Assembly (NCBI RefSeq): GCF_000143415.4
Contig: NW_003314331.1
Location: 793,169-857,168 of the forward strand
DNA length: 64,000 nt
Reading direction: 5' to 3'
DNA from: Selaginella moellendorffii
Taxonomy: Eukaryota; Plantae; Lycopodiophyta
A program made the position numbers and the translations under genes. This document shows positions 44,980 to 56,617 of this stretch, piece after piece. Numbering within the stretch: the first letter of the stretch is position 1; every line of letters begins with the position of its first letter. The notes beneath the pieces were generated by a model. It did not search any database. It was not told the DNA's origin and saw only the letters and a list, made by a program, of their open reading frames with translations.

Positions 44980-45399
44980 GCATCGGGCGTTATAATTACA
45001 TTTTTTGGAACCAATTCTTTGTCTGACCGGTAAATAGGCTAAGCGGGTGTGCACACGAATCCTCAGCGAGTTGACGCACGGCGAGTCGGCGACGAGGAGC
45101 AGCCGGCGGTATGGTGGTGGCGCGGCAGCAGCAGCGGTAGCGTCGTGGATGCTGCGGGAGGTAACCCGCAGCAGCCGCCGCAGTGGGATCAGGCCTCGGT
45201 CTGCAGCACCAACGCCGAGATGAAACTCCGCGGCCTGTCGACCGTCTCGAATCTCGATCGCCAGAAAAACGCTCCAGTGGCTCATGGGTCAAGCAGCACC
45301 ATCACCACAGCAGGAGCTCAGCCGACGAAATCGCCCATTGATATCATTGATCCGACTCAGCTCGCGAGATCGATCGAATTTTGACCCATCATGTTGCGG

Positions 45400-45790
45400 G
45401 AATGGCACCTGAGATGCTATTCCCTCCTTGGTGAGCTTGGGCAGCTTCAAAAACACATCTTCAGGTGGGAGCTTACCCGAAAACGAACTCCTCCCCAGAT
45501 TGAGCTCCTCCAGATTGATCAGCTGCCCAACGAGCGCCGGACTGCTCCCCGTAATGCCGTTGGAACTCAAGTCGAGGTGAGTCACGCCCCGCAAGCTCCA
45601 TTCGCCTGGAATGTCCGATTGTTGCTGATCGAGATGGCGCAGCAGGGTGAGGCTTGCAGAGATCGATCCAGATTCCAGGTAGCTCCAATCCGGACAGGGA
45701 CAGATTGGTTGCCGGTGCATGAAACGCCAGTGAATTGGCAAGGGGATGCAACGTTGTCCTATTGCTCAGAGGATCAGAATCTGCTGCTGG
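45400..45790 (-). pseudogene. Plant-type LRR gene fragment
   Basis: LDLSSNGITGSSPALVGQLINLEELNLGRSSFSGKLP; frameshifted and truncated. Confidence 0.7.
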
Positions 45791-46522
45791 AAGGACCGAC
45801 TTTTTGAGAGTGAGACTTCGTCGCCTTTTTCCTGTTGCTGGCACTCGGAGATTGAAGCAAGCAGGAGCAGTGATGCGGGCGAAACGCACTGGATCGAAAC
45901 AATTTATTTATTTATTTAAAAATTCACTCAGAAAGCAGAGCATTGCATGTTGATGATCTGTTCGTTCCTCTTTTGTTTTTTTGCGGTTCGAGCACCGAAA
46001 CATGAAGTCAAAAGCCTGTGACCAGATTGATTGAAAGCTGTTGTGGTTCTTGTCTGTTCCTGAATCATCCGAGTTTGGTTTTGCGAAGGAGCAGAATCAG
46101 CAAGAATGGCCCAGCAGAATGACCGATTAAGAAATTGGATCCCGGCACTCGATCATGGAATCGATGGACCCGATCGAGAGTCCCGCCAAAAAGGGACTCT
46201 TATGGCGCAGTGCAGTACCGGAATCGATGATGTCAGGATTCCCCTCGCACCATATCTTTGACCCTGGTCCTGAAATGCATCGACGGCTGAGGTTGGAGTT
46301 TGACCTGGAAGAATCGGACGGTTGGAACGGAACGCAGGCTTAGCTGCTCAGGAGAAGCTTCCGCTCTTGACAACGTGCGATGCAGTCAAGCCGGCATTCT
46401 GGACATTGCGGGTTCCACGTGCCATATTGTTGAAATGAAGGAGCGGCAGGATTTCAGGGCTTTAAGTCTGGACATAGGCACAGCGATCAGGATGATGCAG
46501 CCTGGATCTGCCGCCTTGGATC

Positions 46523-49045
46523 ATGAAGATGGGAGTTCGAGGTATTTTGGTATATTGTTGTTTGGGGATCATACCATTTCTAGCAGCATTCCCTATAAAC
46601 AGCAGCCAGCCTCTAGTGTTTTTCAACAATCCTGGGATCGATACGCTGGAGGACCAAGACATCTATGGTGCTACCTTCCATATGACTGGCTTCTTTGGAT
46701 TCGTTCAGTACAATCTGGGTTTTGCGAATTCTACACCGGGTCGGTACACGCTTGCGTTGGCACTGAATGTGGATCCATCCCTGGAGTCTACAAGTAGATT
46801 GATCTGGGAAGCCAACCGAGACGATCCAGTTGGGTTCAATGCCAGTCTCACCCTTGGAGCTGATGGGAATCTTGTGCTCCGAGACGCAGATGGAAGATTT
46901 GTGTGGTCAACTGATACTGCCAACAAAGGGGCTACCCATGCTGAAATTCTGAAGACAGGTAATTTTGTAGTCAGATCCAACAACACCATCTTGTGGCAAA
47001 GTTTTGATCATCCAAGTGACACCCTCATGGTGAGCCAGATTTTCGAACCAGGAATGAAGCTGCAGAGTCGAACAACCCTGAGTAATTCATCTTTGGGAGT
47101 TTACTCGCTGGTCATGGAACCTGGTGGACTCGTCCTGTATTCCAACGTTTCGGGCTCCCAAGAACCGTACTCGGTCAGGAGCTACTATGGACAGGATACA
47201 CTCAGTGGTGCACTTCGTACCTGTGATTCACTGGTTGCTGCAGTTATGGAGGGAAACGGATTGAATCTCAACCTCAACCTGTTGCTGGCCAACGTTTCTG
47301 CTGCCGCCAACGTGACGTCTCAGTCTTTGTGCAGCTTAAATGCAACAGAGCCTTTGCAGCTGAAGAGTTCCAACACTGTGCAGAATCAATCCTTTATACG
47401 ACTTGAACCTGATGGAAATTTGCGGGCTTACACTCTAGAGACCTTGAATAAGTGGGATGATCCTTACCAGCTGTTCAGTGACAATGCCTCCTGCTCGCTA
47501 CCTCAGAAGTGCCAGCCTTTTGGGATTTGTTCCAACGGGGGTTGTGTAGGATGTTTAAACCCAGACGGGACAACAGCAGCTTGGAGCAGCACATGCACTG
47601 CTCCTCGGGTTGACTCTTGCACAGACGTTCAATCTCTCGATTTTCTTCCGGTCCCAGGTGCAGAGTATTTTTCCAGCAGGTACTTGAATTCTACAGTCAC
47701 AAGTTTAGAGGATTGCAGGAGCCGGTGCTTGCAGAACTGCTCCTGTTCAGCTTTCTTCTATTGGGAGGAGTCTAGCTCGTGCTTCATGACCAATAATGTC
47801 AACACTCTCCAGACAGTTACCGATCAAAGTCATGTTGCGTACATCAAGGCAACAAAAGTGGAACAAGGCAGTTCCGGTCTGTCAGCTGGTGCTACTGCTG
47901 GAACAGTGGTTGGCGGCTTGTTCCTGATGCTGGTATGTGTTTTAGTGGTGATATTCTTCATCAAGAAGAGGAGACAGATTCAGGTTGTTGAATATGACAC
48001 CGACACCTTTCTTGAATCCATAGAGAACTTGAGGCCGATACGGTTCGGCCTTTTGCATCTGGAACGCATCACAGATAACTTCTCGAAAGTTCTAGGTAGC
48101 GGTGGTTTTGGTGGTGTGTACGAAGGTGTACTCCCGGATGGTAGAAAAGTTGCTGTGAAGAAACTGGAAAGGACAGGACAGGGGAAGAAGGAATTTTATG
48201 CGGAAGTTGTCATCCTAGGGACAATTCATCACTGGAATCTGGTAAAACTGCTTGGCTTCTGCTCAGAGGGTCTAAACAGGCTTCTGGTCTATGAACACAT
48301 GGAGAATGGTTCCCTGGACAAGTGGATCTTTCAAGATCGCGTCGAGCAGAAGGTGCTGAACTGGGAACAGAGGATGGAAATTGTGCTGGGGATGGCCAAT
48401 GGTCTGGCATATCTGCACGAGGAATGCGTACAGAAGATTATCCACCTCGACATAAAGCCTCAGAATATCTTGCTGAACGAGGACTTCGTCGCGAAAGTGG
48501 GGGACTTCGGTCTCTCCAGGCTCATGTCTCGCGATCAAAGTTACGTTATGACAACTATGAGAGGTACTCCAGGGTACCTTGCACCAGAGTGGCTACGGGA
48601 GGCTGCTATAACAGAAAAGAGCGACGTTTACAGCTTTGGAGTCGTGCTGCTGGAGGTGATTAGCGGACGAAGGAACTTCTCTCGAGTTTCTGAGACAGAA
48701 ACGTTTTACCTCCCGGCTTACGCATTGGAATTGGTGACACAAGAGAAGGATATGGAGCTGGTCGATCCGCGGCTGAAAGGCGAGTGTGACGAAGCAGTCG
48801 TGCGAGCAGTTATCAGGATTGCGTTCCAGTGTCTGCAAGAGAACGGGAGCTCAAGGCCATCGATGGGGAAGGTTGTGCAGATGCTGGAAGGCTCCAGCCC
48901 AGTGGAGGACATTCCCCTGGATGGCCTTCCCTTCTCAACCAGGAACGAAGCTCGCATCCAGTATGCTGATCTTCTCAGCGTGACAGGCTCTACATCTGCA
49001 GGAGGGTATTGGCCACAGTCGGACACAAGCTTAGGCGCTCGATGA
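46523..49045 (+). CDS. G-type lectin S-domain receptor-like kinase, tandem paralog; 840 aa, intronless
   Basis: Same architecture as 42397-44979 with high identity; upstream non-coding blocks also duplicated (41660-41940 vs 45930-46140). Confidence 0.96.
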   Translation: MKMGVRGILVYCCLGIIPFLAAFPINSSQPLVFFNNPGIDTLEDQDIYGATFHMTGFFGFVQYNLGFANSTPGRYTLALALNVDPSLESTSRLIWEANRDDPVGFNASLTLGADGNLVLRDADGRFVWSTDTANKGATHAEILKTGNFVVRSNNTILWQSFDHPSDTLMVSQIFEPGMKLQSRTTLSNSSLGVYSLVMEPGGLVLYSNVSGSQEPYSVRSYYGQDTLSGALRTCDSLVAAVMEGNGLNLNLNLLLANVSAAANVTSQSLCSLNATEPLQLKSSNTVQNQSFIRLEPDGNLRAYTLETLNKWDDPYQLFSDNASCSLPQKCQPFGICSNGGCVGCLNPDGTTAAWSSTCTAPRVDSCTDVQSLDFLPVPGAEYFSSRYLNSTVTSLEDCRSRCLQNCSCSAFFYWEESSSCFMTNNVNTLQTVTDQSHVAYIKATKVEQGSSGLSAGATAGTVVGGLFLMLVCVLVVIFFIKKRRQIQVVEYDTDTFLESIENLRPIRFGLLHLERITDNFSKVLGSGGFGGVYEGVLPDGRKVAVKKLERTGQGKKEFYAEVVILGTIHHWNLVKLLGFCSEGLNRLLVYEHMENGSLDKWIFQDRVEQKVLNWEQRMEIVLGMANGLAYLHEECVQKIIHLDIKPQNILLNEDFVAKVGDFGLSRLMSRDQSYVMTTMRGTPGYLAPEWLREAAITEKSDVYSFGVVLLEVISGRRNFSRVSETETFYLPAYALELVTQEKDMELVDPRLKGECDEAVVRAVIRIAFQCLQENGSSRPSMGKVVQMLEGSSPVEDIPLDGLPFSTRNEARIQYADLLSVTGSTSAGGYWPQSDTSLGAR

Positions 49046-49395
49046 GGATCGAGCATTGTAATTACTGGATGACTATTGGAGTCGTGAAAAAATTTTAGAT
49101 TCTGCTCACATAAGTCAACTTTATGAACCACTCTGGTTTTAGGGCTTTGATTGTTTAGGACAGTATTAGGGATGTTGGGATTGGCTCAGTTTCAATGCTG
49201 GAATGCGCCAAGCGCTGCTTTCGATATTTCACTACGCTGCAGATGACAGTTCGTCCGTGTGTAGAGCCGCTTATGAGGAGATTAGTGCGGTGTGCCCAAC
49301 CAATGAATGCGAATGTGTCATTTTCCAAGCAATTCAGGATGATCAGGTGAATTTTCCAGCACATCAAAATGGATTGAGCACCCAAGAAGCTGATT

Positions 49396-49735
49396 CTATC
49401 CAGTTCTGTAGGTGAAGTCGTCGTTCCAGACTTCACTTCCCACACAGTGATGGCAAGCAAGCTGATGCTCCGGATCGATAATCATCTTCATCTGCAGAAG
49501 GCGCTTGTAGTTGCTGCCGAAGAAGGATGCCTGCCAGTTGGGTTCGTTAACATCGGCTTTGTTGACATATGCTCCCGTATCAGGTGCTACAGCTCTGAAC
49601 ATATCCGTGGTCTCAGTTATGGCATTGAATTTAGCTTGCATCTCCTCTGCAGAAGCACCATCTGACCACACCGCTGAAGCAATCACATGCCAGATCGACT
49701 TGCGCCAAGCTGGGTTAACAACGTGGATGCTGGGT
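49396..49735 (-). pseudogene. C-terminal fragment of a BBE-like FAD-linked oxidoreductase (fungal/bacterial-type tail)
   Basis: VNPAWRKSIWHVI..APDTGAYVNKADVNEPNWQASFFGSNYKRLLQMKMIIDPEHQLACHHCVGSEVW; no FAD-binding N-terminus upstream. Confidence 0.75.
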
Positions 49736-50859
49736 GAATTTAGTGTTCTTGATGCTGGGTGACTTTAGTGTTCTTGACGCAGAATGACCGATTAAGAAAT
49801 TGGATCCGCTTGCCTTGACCTTGAGGACGGCACTCGATCATGGAATCGATGGACCCGATCGAGGGTCCCGCCAAAAAGGAGCTTGTACTTGGGGCATAAA
49901 CACACTACACAATCCTTTCCTGCTTCGACTGCCACTGCTACTGCTACTTCCTGCCTTTCTTTCTCCTCACACTCCTCGTCCCCGTGCACATACAAGAAAT
50001 GCCACCGGTGGTTCATGCACATTGCAGCTCCCACTGATTTTTCCAGCCTTGTTAAGTCTGACCCCGAATTTTCCAACCAGAGCTCTCATCACCCCAAGAG
50101 GAAGTCCGGCACCTTGCGGTTGCATTTAACCAGCTCCAAAACGAGCGCCATGCAATAGTGCCAGTCACACCAGATAACCGTGTGAGTTTCCTCTCTTGAG
50201 AACAGGGTCTTCATTGCCTTCGAGAGGAGTGCGTTCCACTAGTTCCTCTAGAGCTGCCTTGCACCGAGCCAATGCACTTCGTACCATATGTCTTGGGAAA
50301 TCCTTCACAAAGTGGTTTTCGAGTGGAAAATGAAGAATGAAGAGTAGTAGCCATTTCTTTGTCCATATCAACTGTGAGTAAACTGTAGACTGGAAAACTG
50401 ACGAGCACCGAGCTCCGAAACTCAGCTTTGCATGTAGCTTTATGCCACTTCTCACTACCAAGAGCATATGTTGCAATCATCACGTGCAAAGTTACTATTT
50501 TAGACATTCTTATCTTGTGTAGTACTGTTGATTCCTTTTATTAGTCTCTTTTATTTAAGTGTTAGGCTTAACATCTAAGTATTTTTTGTTAATTAAGCGA
50601 CCTAGATCATTGCTTATTAGATATCCCAAGCTCTATATTATATTAGTTAGAAAAATACCTTATGTTAGGCTGCTTATATACTGAAATAATATCATAGTAT
50701 GTTGGAATTTTAAATAATTTAGGAGTGTTTTAATGATGTTTATGATTTTGTCCCTTCACTCTTTATCTATAAGCTTTAGAGTTGAACTTTGTCTTTCTAT
50801 TTAATATTAAAGTGTTACAAATGTGATTATAAATATCAAAAATTACTTATTAATGAGTC

Positions 50860-51632
50860 CTTTCAGATGTTTTTTCCTTAGTACCATGATGGCAAGATAT
50901 CAGTATTGTTGAACCCTTTATCAATTTTTGCCTAAGCTAGTTAAGAAATTAATTAACATATGTGCACTTAAACCAAAAGGGCACCAAAGATAGAAATCCT
51001 TAAATGTCATTTAGTTAAACATATTTGATATGGTGAAGAAAAATTCATGTTCTTGACTTGCACTTGTTAGTATTGAAAACCCTTGAATTTAGTCCTTAAA
51101 TACTTATTGTATTCGTTAAAACACTTTTGCTATTATGTTTCATGTGTTAGTTTTATTTGGTCTTATTGGTTATTTATGAAAAGTGTCTAGATTTGCTAGT
51201 GAAGTATATTTATAGAATGTAAAGATGGCCAATGGCTTAACATGAATATATGGGTACTTCATCAATTAGCATGGTATGGAACTTAGGTTTAGACCCAAGC
51301 CAGATGCATAACAAAGACAAACACGCAAACAGGAGTTAAACTAGGCCTTAAGTTGGTCAGCCATACTTAACCTATTCACTATCCCTATTATACATTTGGA
51401 ACCCTCTATACATTTGGAATAAATTTGAAATTTATTAAATATGGAATGTCCCTAGATTGCCAATTTAGATATGAGACGAACACTATTGTATTTAGGACAA
51501 TCTCTACTTTCTATGAATATGCTAAATGAGCAAATCTAGACACTTTCCATAAATAGCATTTAGGACCAAAATGAGACTAACACAAAGGGTATGATAATGA
51601 GAGTGTTTGGCAGATATAGGAAATTATCATCA
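50860..51632. mobile_element. Two family-B LTR fragments in opposite orientation (inverted ~50860-51225, forward ~51265-51632)
   Basis: Shares CACTATCCCTA..ACATTTGGAACCC and CTAGACACTTTCCATAAATAGCATTT blocks with the other copies. Confidence 0.6.
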
Positions 51633-51789
51633 TGTAGCGCACCCTATTTCTCTCCCCTTAAGCCAACTGAAAAAGGGGCAATTGTTTAATAAAAGAGCTC
51701 TTAGTGGTTATTTTATCCTCGTTTATCCCCCAAGGTTCCAAAGATTCATGGTGACAGTATATCCAAATCTCATCCCATGATCACATACA

Positions 51790-52380
51790 TTACACTCACC
51801 CCTTTCAGAGATGTCAATGTCCACATTGACTATTGACTCAAAACCACCTACTGAGTTAAAGGGAATTAACACCTCCATTTCTGCACTAAATTTACCAATC
51901 CTTCCATTATGTAGGTCAGTTATTTCATGTGAGGCAACTAATCATCCACCCGTACCGTAGTCCTACAGTGGATACCTTCGTCCGTGGATACTCCACATTC
52001 ACCCTTCCCCCCTTTAGAGATGTCAATGTCCTTATTGACTATTGACTCAGAACCCCTACTGAACTAAGGGGAATCAGCACTTCCATTTCCACACTAAATT
52101 TACCAATCCTTCCATTGTATAGATTAGCTATTCCATGTAAGGCAACTAATCATCCACCCGTACTGTAATCTTATGGTAGATACCTTCATTCGTGGATACT
52201 TCACACTCACCCCCATGTGAGGCAACTAGTCATCCACTCGTACCATAGTCCCACAGTGGATACTTTTGTCCGTGGATACTCCACACTCACCCCCCTTCAA
52301 AGAGGACATTGGGCAACTAATCATCCACTCATACTGTAGTTCCACAGTGGATACTTTTGTCCGTGAATACTCCACACTCT
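51790..52380. repeat. Nested tandem repeats: 2 x ~210-bp units, each ending in a ~75-bp subunit (GGCAACTAATCATCCACCCGTAC..GTGGATACTCCACAC) that occurs 4 times in total
   Basis: Direct repeats visible at ~51930, 52140, 52220, 52312. Confidence 0.85.
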
Positions 52381-53039
52381 AGTATGCAATAACATGCTTT
52401 ATATAAGTATAAAATTAGTATTTATTAGTGTAAAAGATAATTTAGTTTTTAAATGTGAAAAATGCATGATTTATAAAACTTAAAACAACTCCATAATACT
52501 ATAAAGATTTGAATAAAGAGAATGAAACTATATTGTTTTGATAGTTCAATAAAAATCCATGGTTGATCAAAAAATTTATTATAAACTAATTCTTCCTACT
52601 AGGCATCATTAAGAGTAGCTAAAAATAAATTCAGAGAGTAGTTTTTGTAAAATATTGTTTTCTATAAAAAATAAAAACAAAAATTCTCCTCAATTACCAT
52701 TCTATTCATTTACTTAGATCATAGGTGTCATACTATAAATGTAGCCATAAAAAATTGTTAGCATCCAAAATTTGATAGTGACCATAAAATATAATTCACA
52801 CATATAAATTTCAAATTGTGAATGACAATAATAAGTGACTTTTGGTTAGGGAGATTAGTCTATCATGTCATATGGCAGATTTTGGCAAGAATCTTGAATC
52901 ATTTCCATGCAATCAACATAACCTTCTTAATATATCAATATAAAATTATTTCAAGTATAATTCTGAAATATATAAATATGAACGTTAAAGATAACAAGTA
53001 TAGGAGTTTATTTCATCAGCAGAAGTTAGTTAGAGTTGA

Positions 53040-53445
53040 ATGGCCAATGGAAACCTTACTACCTCTTATCTCCTCAGCCTGCACAGCCACTTCCATATCC
53101 CTTCCATCTATGTGAATGCTGCAAGCTTGAGCATGGAGATTACCACTATGTCCTCATCTAGTGCACATCAGGACTAATAGTGTTGGTCTCACTGGAATAA
53201 CAAGGCAGAATCCACCATGCAGCGCTTCTAGCGCTGGAGCATGATCTCAACAACAATGCCCTCTCAGGCAAGATCCCTCCACAAATCTTAGCCAAGATCA
53301 ATCTGTTCCCCTAGATGTTGATAATTTTACACTCTTGGTCCATTATATATGAGGAAATTGGAGAAGCATTCATTTAATAGACTCCACCACCCAAAACAAG
53401 GCTGCACATTCGTTTTAGAGGCAATCTCAACTAGTGTGGGGTATC
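53040..53445 (+). pseudogene. Degraded LRR (RLK/PGIP-like) fragment
   Basis: EHDLNNNALSGKIPPQ; SF*GN..CG C-cap-like remnant. Confidence 0.5.
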
Positions 53446-54417
53446 TAAAGAAAATAATAGATGCCAACAACAGGTTTGAAATGTGAGTAAGGGTTTGTAG
53501 AGCTATTGTTGGAGGTTGCTGACTTGGTATAGGTGTTTATAACAACATTGTTCTTGTCACTGGAGAACAGTGATTCCAATGTTGGCGGCTGGCAATGCAA
53601 GAGACAAATAGCACAATCTACAATCTCCACTCTTGAGCCACACTCAAGAGAATGTGATCACTAATCAAGCCCTTTCAGTGGAGCATGTTGATTGGAAATA
53701 ATTAACAAAATAAATTTAAGTTTAAGTTTTATTAGTGATCAAATGATACACATTAGGCATCTAACCATTTGAGCATTGACTTGCTCTTATGAAAGCCAAT
53801 ATCATTATATGGGCAGAGAGATCAAGAGAAAACAAAATTGATCCAAAACAGCAAACCCTTCATTAGCCCCCCACTGGCTTAATAATCCAACAATGACCTA
53901 TAAATGTCGTTTTACTATCTAGAGTAGCGAGCTAACAAAATATCCAGGTCCCCCTCGGCCGATGCCCTGAAGATCCGACACAAATCTTGGTTTTATTTAC
54001 CCAGCCGACTATATACAGTTGGTTTAACGTGTATCGTGTTGAAGTTTGAGAAATTTGTTTGGCACAGTGGAATCAAATTTCAATCTAATAATAAAATGCA
54101 TGTCCATGGGCCTCGCTACACGAAAGAATTGGAAAGTATCACGGCCAAGAGAGAAAATTATCACTCCTCCTCGATCTTTAGTTGATACAAAGGGCCAGTC
54201 GTCCGATTGACTCCTCCGTGAATCCAGGCCGACAGACACATCCCTGGCCCCTTGGCGCCAAGAGAAGGCCATCACATTGGAATGGAAGCCTTCGTTCTCT
54301 ACGAAGAAAGCATGTGAGCGTTGGCAACGAATATTCTCTCGTGGTTTGTCCTGGGTATATATTACCTGTGAGGACCTCTCCCCCATTTTTCGTCTAGGGT
54401 TCTAGCTAGAAGCTCCA

Positions 54418-56617
54418 ATGGCGATGGCGGGCGCCGGCGCCGCCTCTTATTTCTGTGGGCAAGCTGCTGCTACATTCTCGTCCGGATCGGGATCGTGCCG
54501 CTCCGCAGCGGTAATCGGCCGCAGGAATTCGTTTCGCGAGGTGATTTTCAGCTCCGGGAGCAAGCATCGCATGGCATGCGCGGTTCTCGAGGCCAAGCGC
54601 GTACCGATCCCTTCAATTCCTTCGATCGAGGCCCCAAAGGAGGTTTCCAGCGGCGATGGAGCGATACAAGGTGTTCCAGAGCAAGGATCAACAGTGAGCA
54701 TCACTGTTGTCGGTGCCTCCGGTGATCTAGCCAAGAAGAAAATTTTCCCCGCCCTGTTTGCGCTTTTCTACGAAGGGTGCCTGCCACAGGTTTGTCCGTG
54801 TGTGGTTTCTTTTCCACCTGACTGAAAGACCAATGTTTCTCAGCACTTCACGATTTTTGGATATGCTCGGAGCAAGATGAGCGATGCCGAGCTGAGAGCT
54901 ATGATCAGTGCTACTTTGACATGCAGGATTGATAAAAGGTAATCACAGCTCTTTAGCGGCCATAACTTAGTAAGCTATCTTTACAGGGAGAACTGCAGTG
55001 AAAAGATTAATCAGTTTTTAAAGCGTTGTTTCTATCAGTCCGGGCAGTATAACTCGGAGGACAACTTCTCCGAGCTGGATAAGAAATTAAAAGATCACGA
55101 GGTATGTCAGTGGTTTACTTGTTCATGGCTAAAGAACTTTGTGTACAGGGTGGAAAAGTCGCAAACAGAATGTTTTATCTCTCCGTTCCACCCAATGTTT
55201 TCATTGACGTCGCAAGGTGTGCCAGTCGCTCTGCATCGTCCTCCAAAGGTTGGACTCGTGTGATTGTCGAAAAACCATTCGGTCGGGATTCCGAGTCGTC
55301 TGGCGAGCTTACTAGCGGGCTCAAAGAGTTTCTCACTGAAGAGCAGATATACAGGTACCTCTAACTCAGTCGATGTAGATTATGTCCAAACATCTTTCTA
55401 TTTCAGAATTGATCACTACCTGGGCAAGGAGCTCGTAGAGAACTTGTCAATTTTGAGATTCTCGAATCTTGTTTTTGAACCTCTCTGGTCGAGGCAGTAC
55501 ATCAGAAATGTGCAGCTTATTTTCTCCGAGGACTTTGGAACAGAAGGAAGAGGCGGGTACGTGAAAAGATTTACTTTGTCCTTTTCGTTTTGTGAAAACC
55601 ATTTGAATCTGTTTTGAAAATGTCCTAGGTACTTCGACAACTATGGTATTATCCGTGATATCATGCAAAATCACCTCCTTCAGATCTTAGCTTTGTTTGC
55701 AATGGAGCCTCCTGTTAGCTTAGACGCCGAGGACATTAGGAACGAGAAGGTATTGCTACTAGGTACTGTCGAAGTGCGTGCTAACATGTTCGTGCAGGTG
55801 AAGGTGTTGCGATCAATGAGGAAATTGCAGCTGGAAGATGTTGTTGTTGGTCAATACAAGAGCCACATCAAAGGAGGCGTGCACTATCCTGGCTACACAG
55901 ACGACAAGACCGTACCGAATAACAGTCTCACACCAACATTTGCAGCAGCGGCGCTTTTTGTAGACAATGCCCGGTGGGACGGCGTACCGTTTCTCATGAA
56001 GGCTGGCAAGGCCTTGCACAATAAGCTGTATGTTTCTTTATGCTTTTCGGTCTCTCTCTCGTGCTTGCATTATCTGGAGCTTACTGCTACTTAAATCTCG
56101 CCTTGCAGAGCGGAGATCAGGGTACAATTCAGGCACGTACCTGGAAACCTTTACAAAAGAAGCTTTGGCATGGATCTCGATCAAGCCACCAACGAACTTG
56201 TAATCCGGGTACAGCCGGACGAAGCAGTGTACCTCAAGATCAACAACAAAGTTCCCGGCTTGGGGATGCGGCTGGACCGAAGCAATCTCAACTTGCTTTA
56301 CTCGGACAGGTGATATAGATTTCGATCTCTCTCTCACCAATGCATTCTTCCACAGGTACTCGCGAGAGATCCCAGACGCGTACGAGAGACTGCTGCTCGA
56401 CGCCATTGAAGGTGAGCGCAGGCTTTTCATACGCAGTGATGAGCTCGACGCAGCATGGGCCATCTTCACTCCACTCCTCAAAGAGCTTGAGGAGAGGAAG
56501 ATCTCCCCGGAGCTCTATCCTTATGGGAGCCGGGGCCCGGTGGGAGCTCATTACTTAGCGGCCAAGTATAACGTAAGATGGGGAGATATGAGCTCGTCCG
56601 AGCACTCCAAGTCGTGA
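54418..56617 (+). CDS. G6PD: Plastidial glucose-6-phosphate 1-dehydrogenase (multi-exon)
   Basis: Ser/Ala-rich transit peptide; [18 protein letters not shown]; redox Cys pair TCRIDKRENC; RIDHYLGKE; DIMQNHLLQ; [20 protein letters not shown]; short GT-AG introns; stop TGA 56615-56617. Confidence 0.95.

Noticed and set aside
49900-50480. Minus-strand coding-like fragments (ALARCKAALEELVER..., TVIWCDWHYC)
   Set aside because: Frameshifted and too short to assign to a family with confidence.
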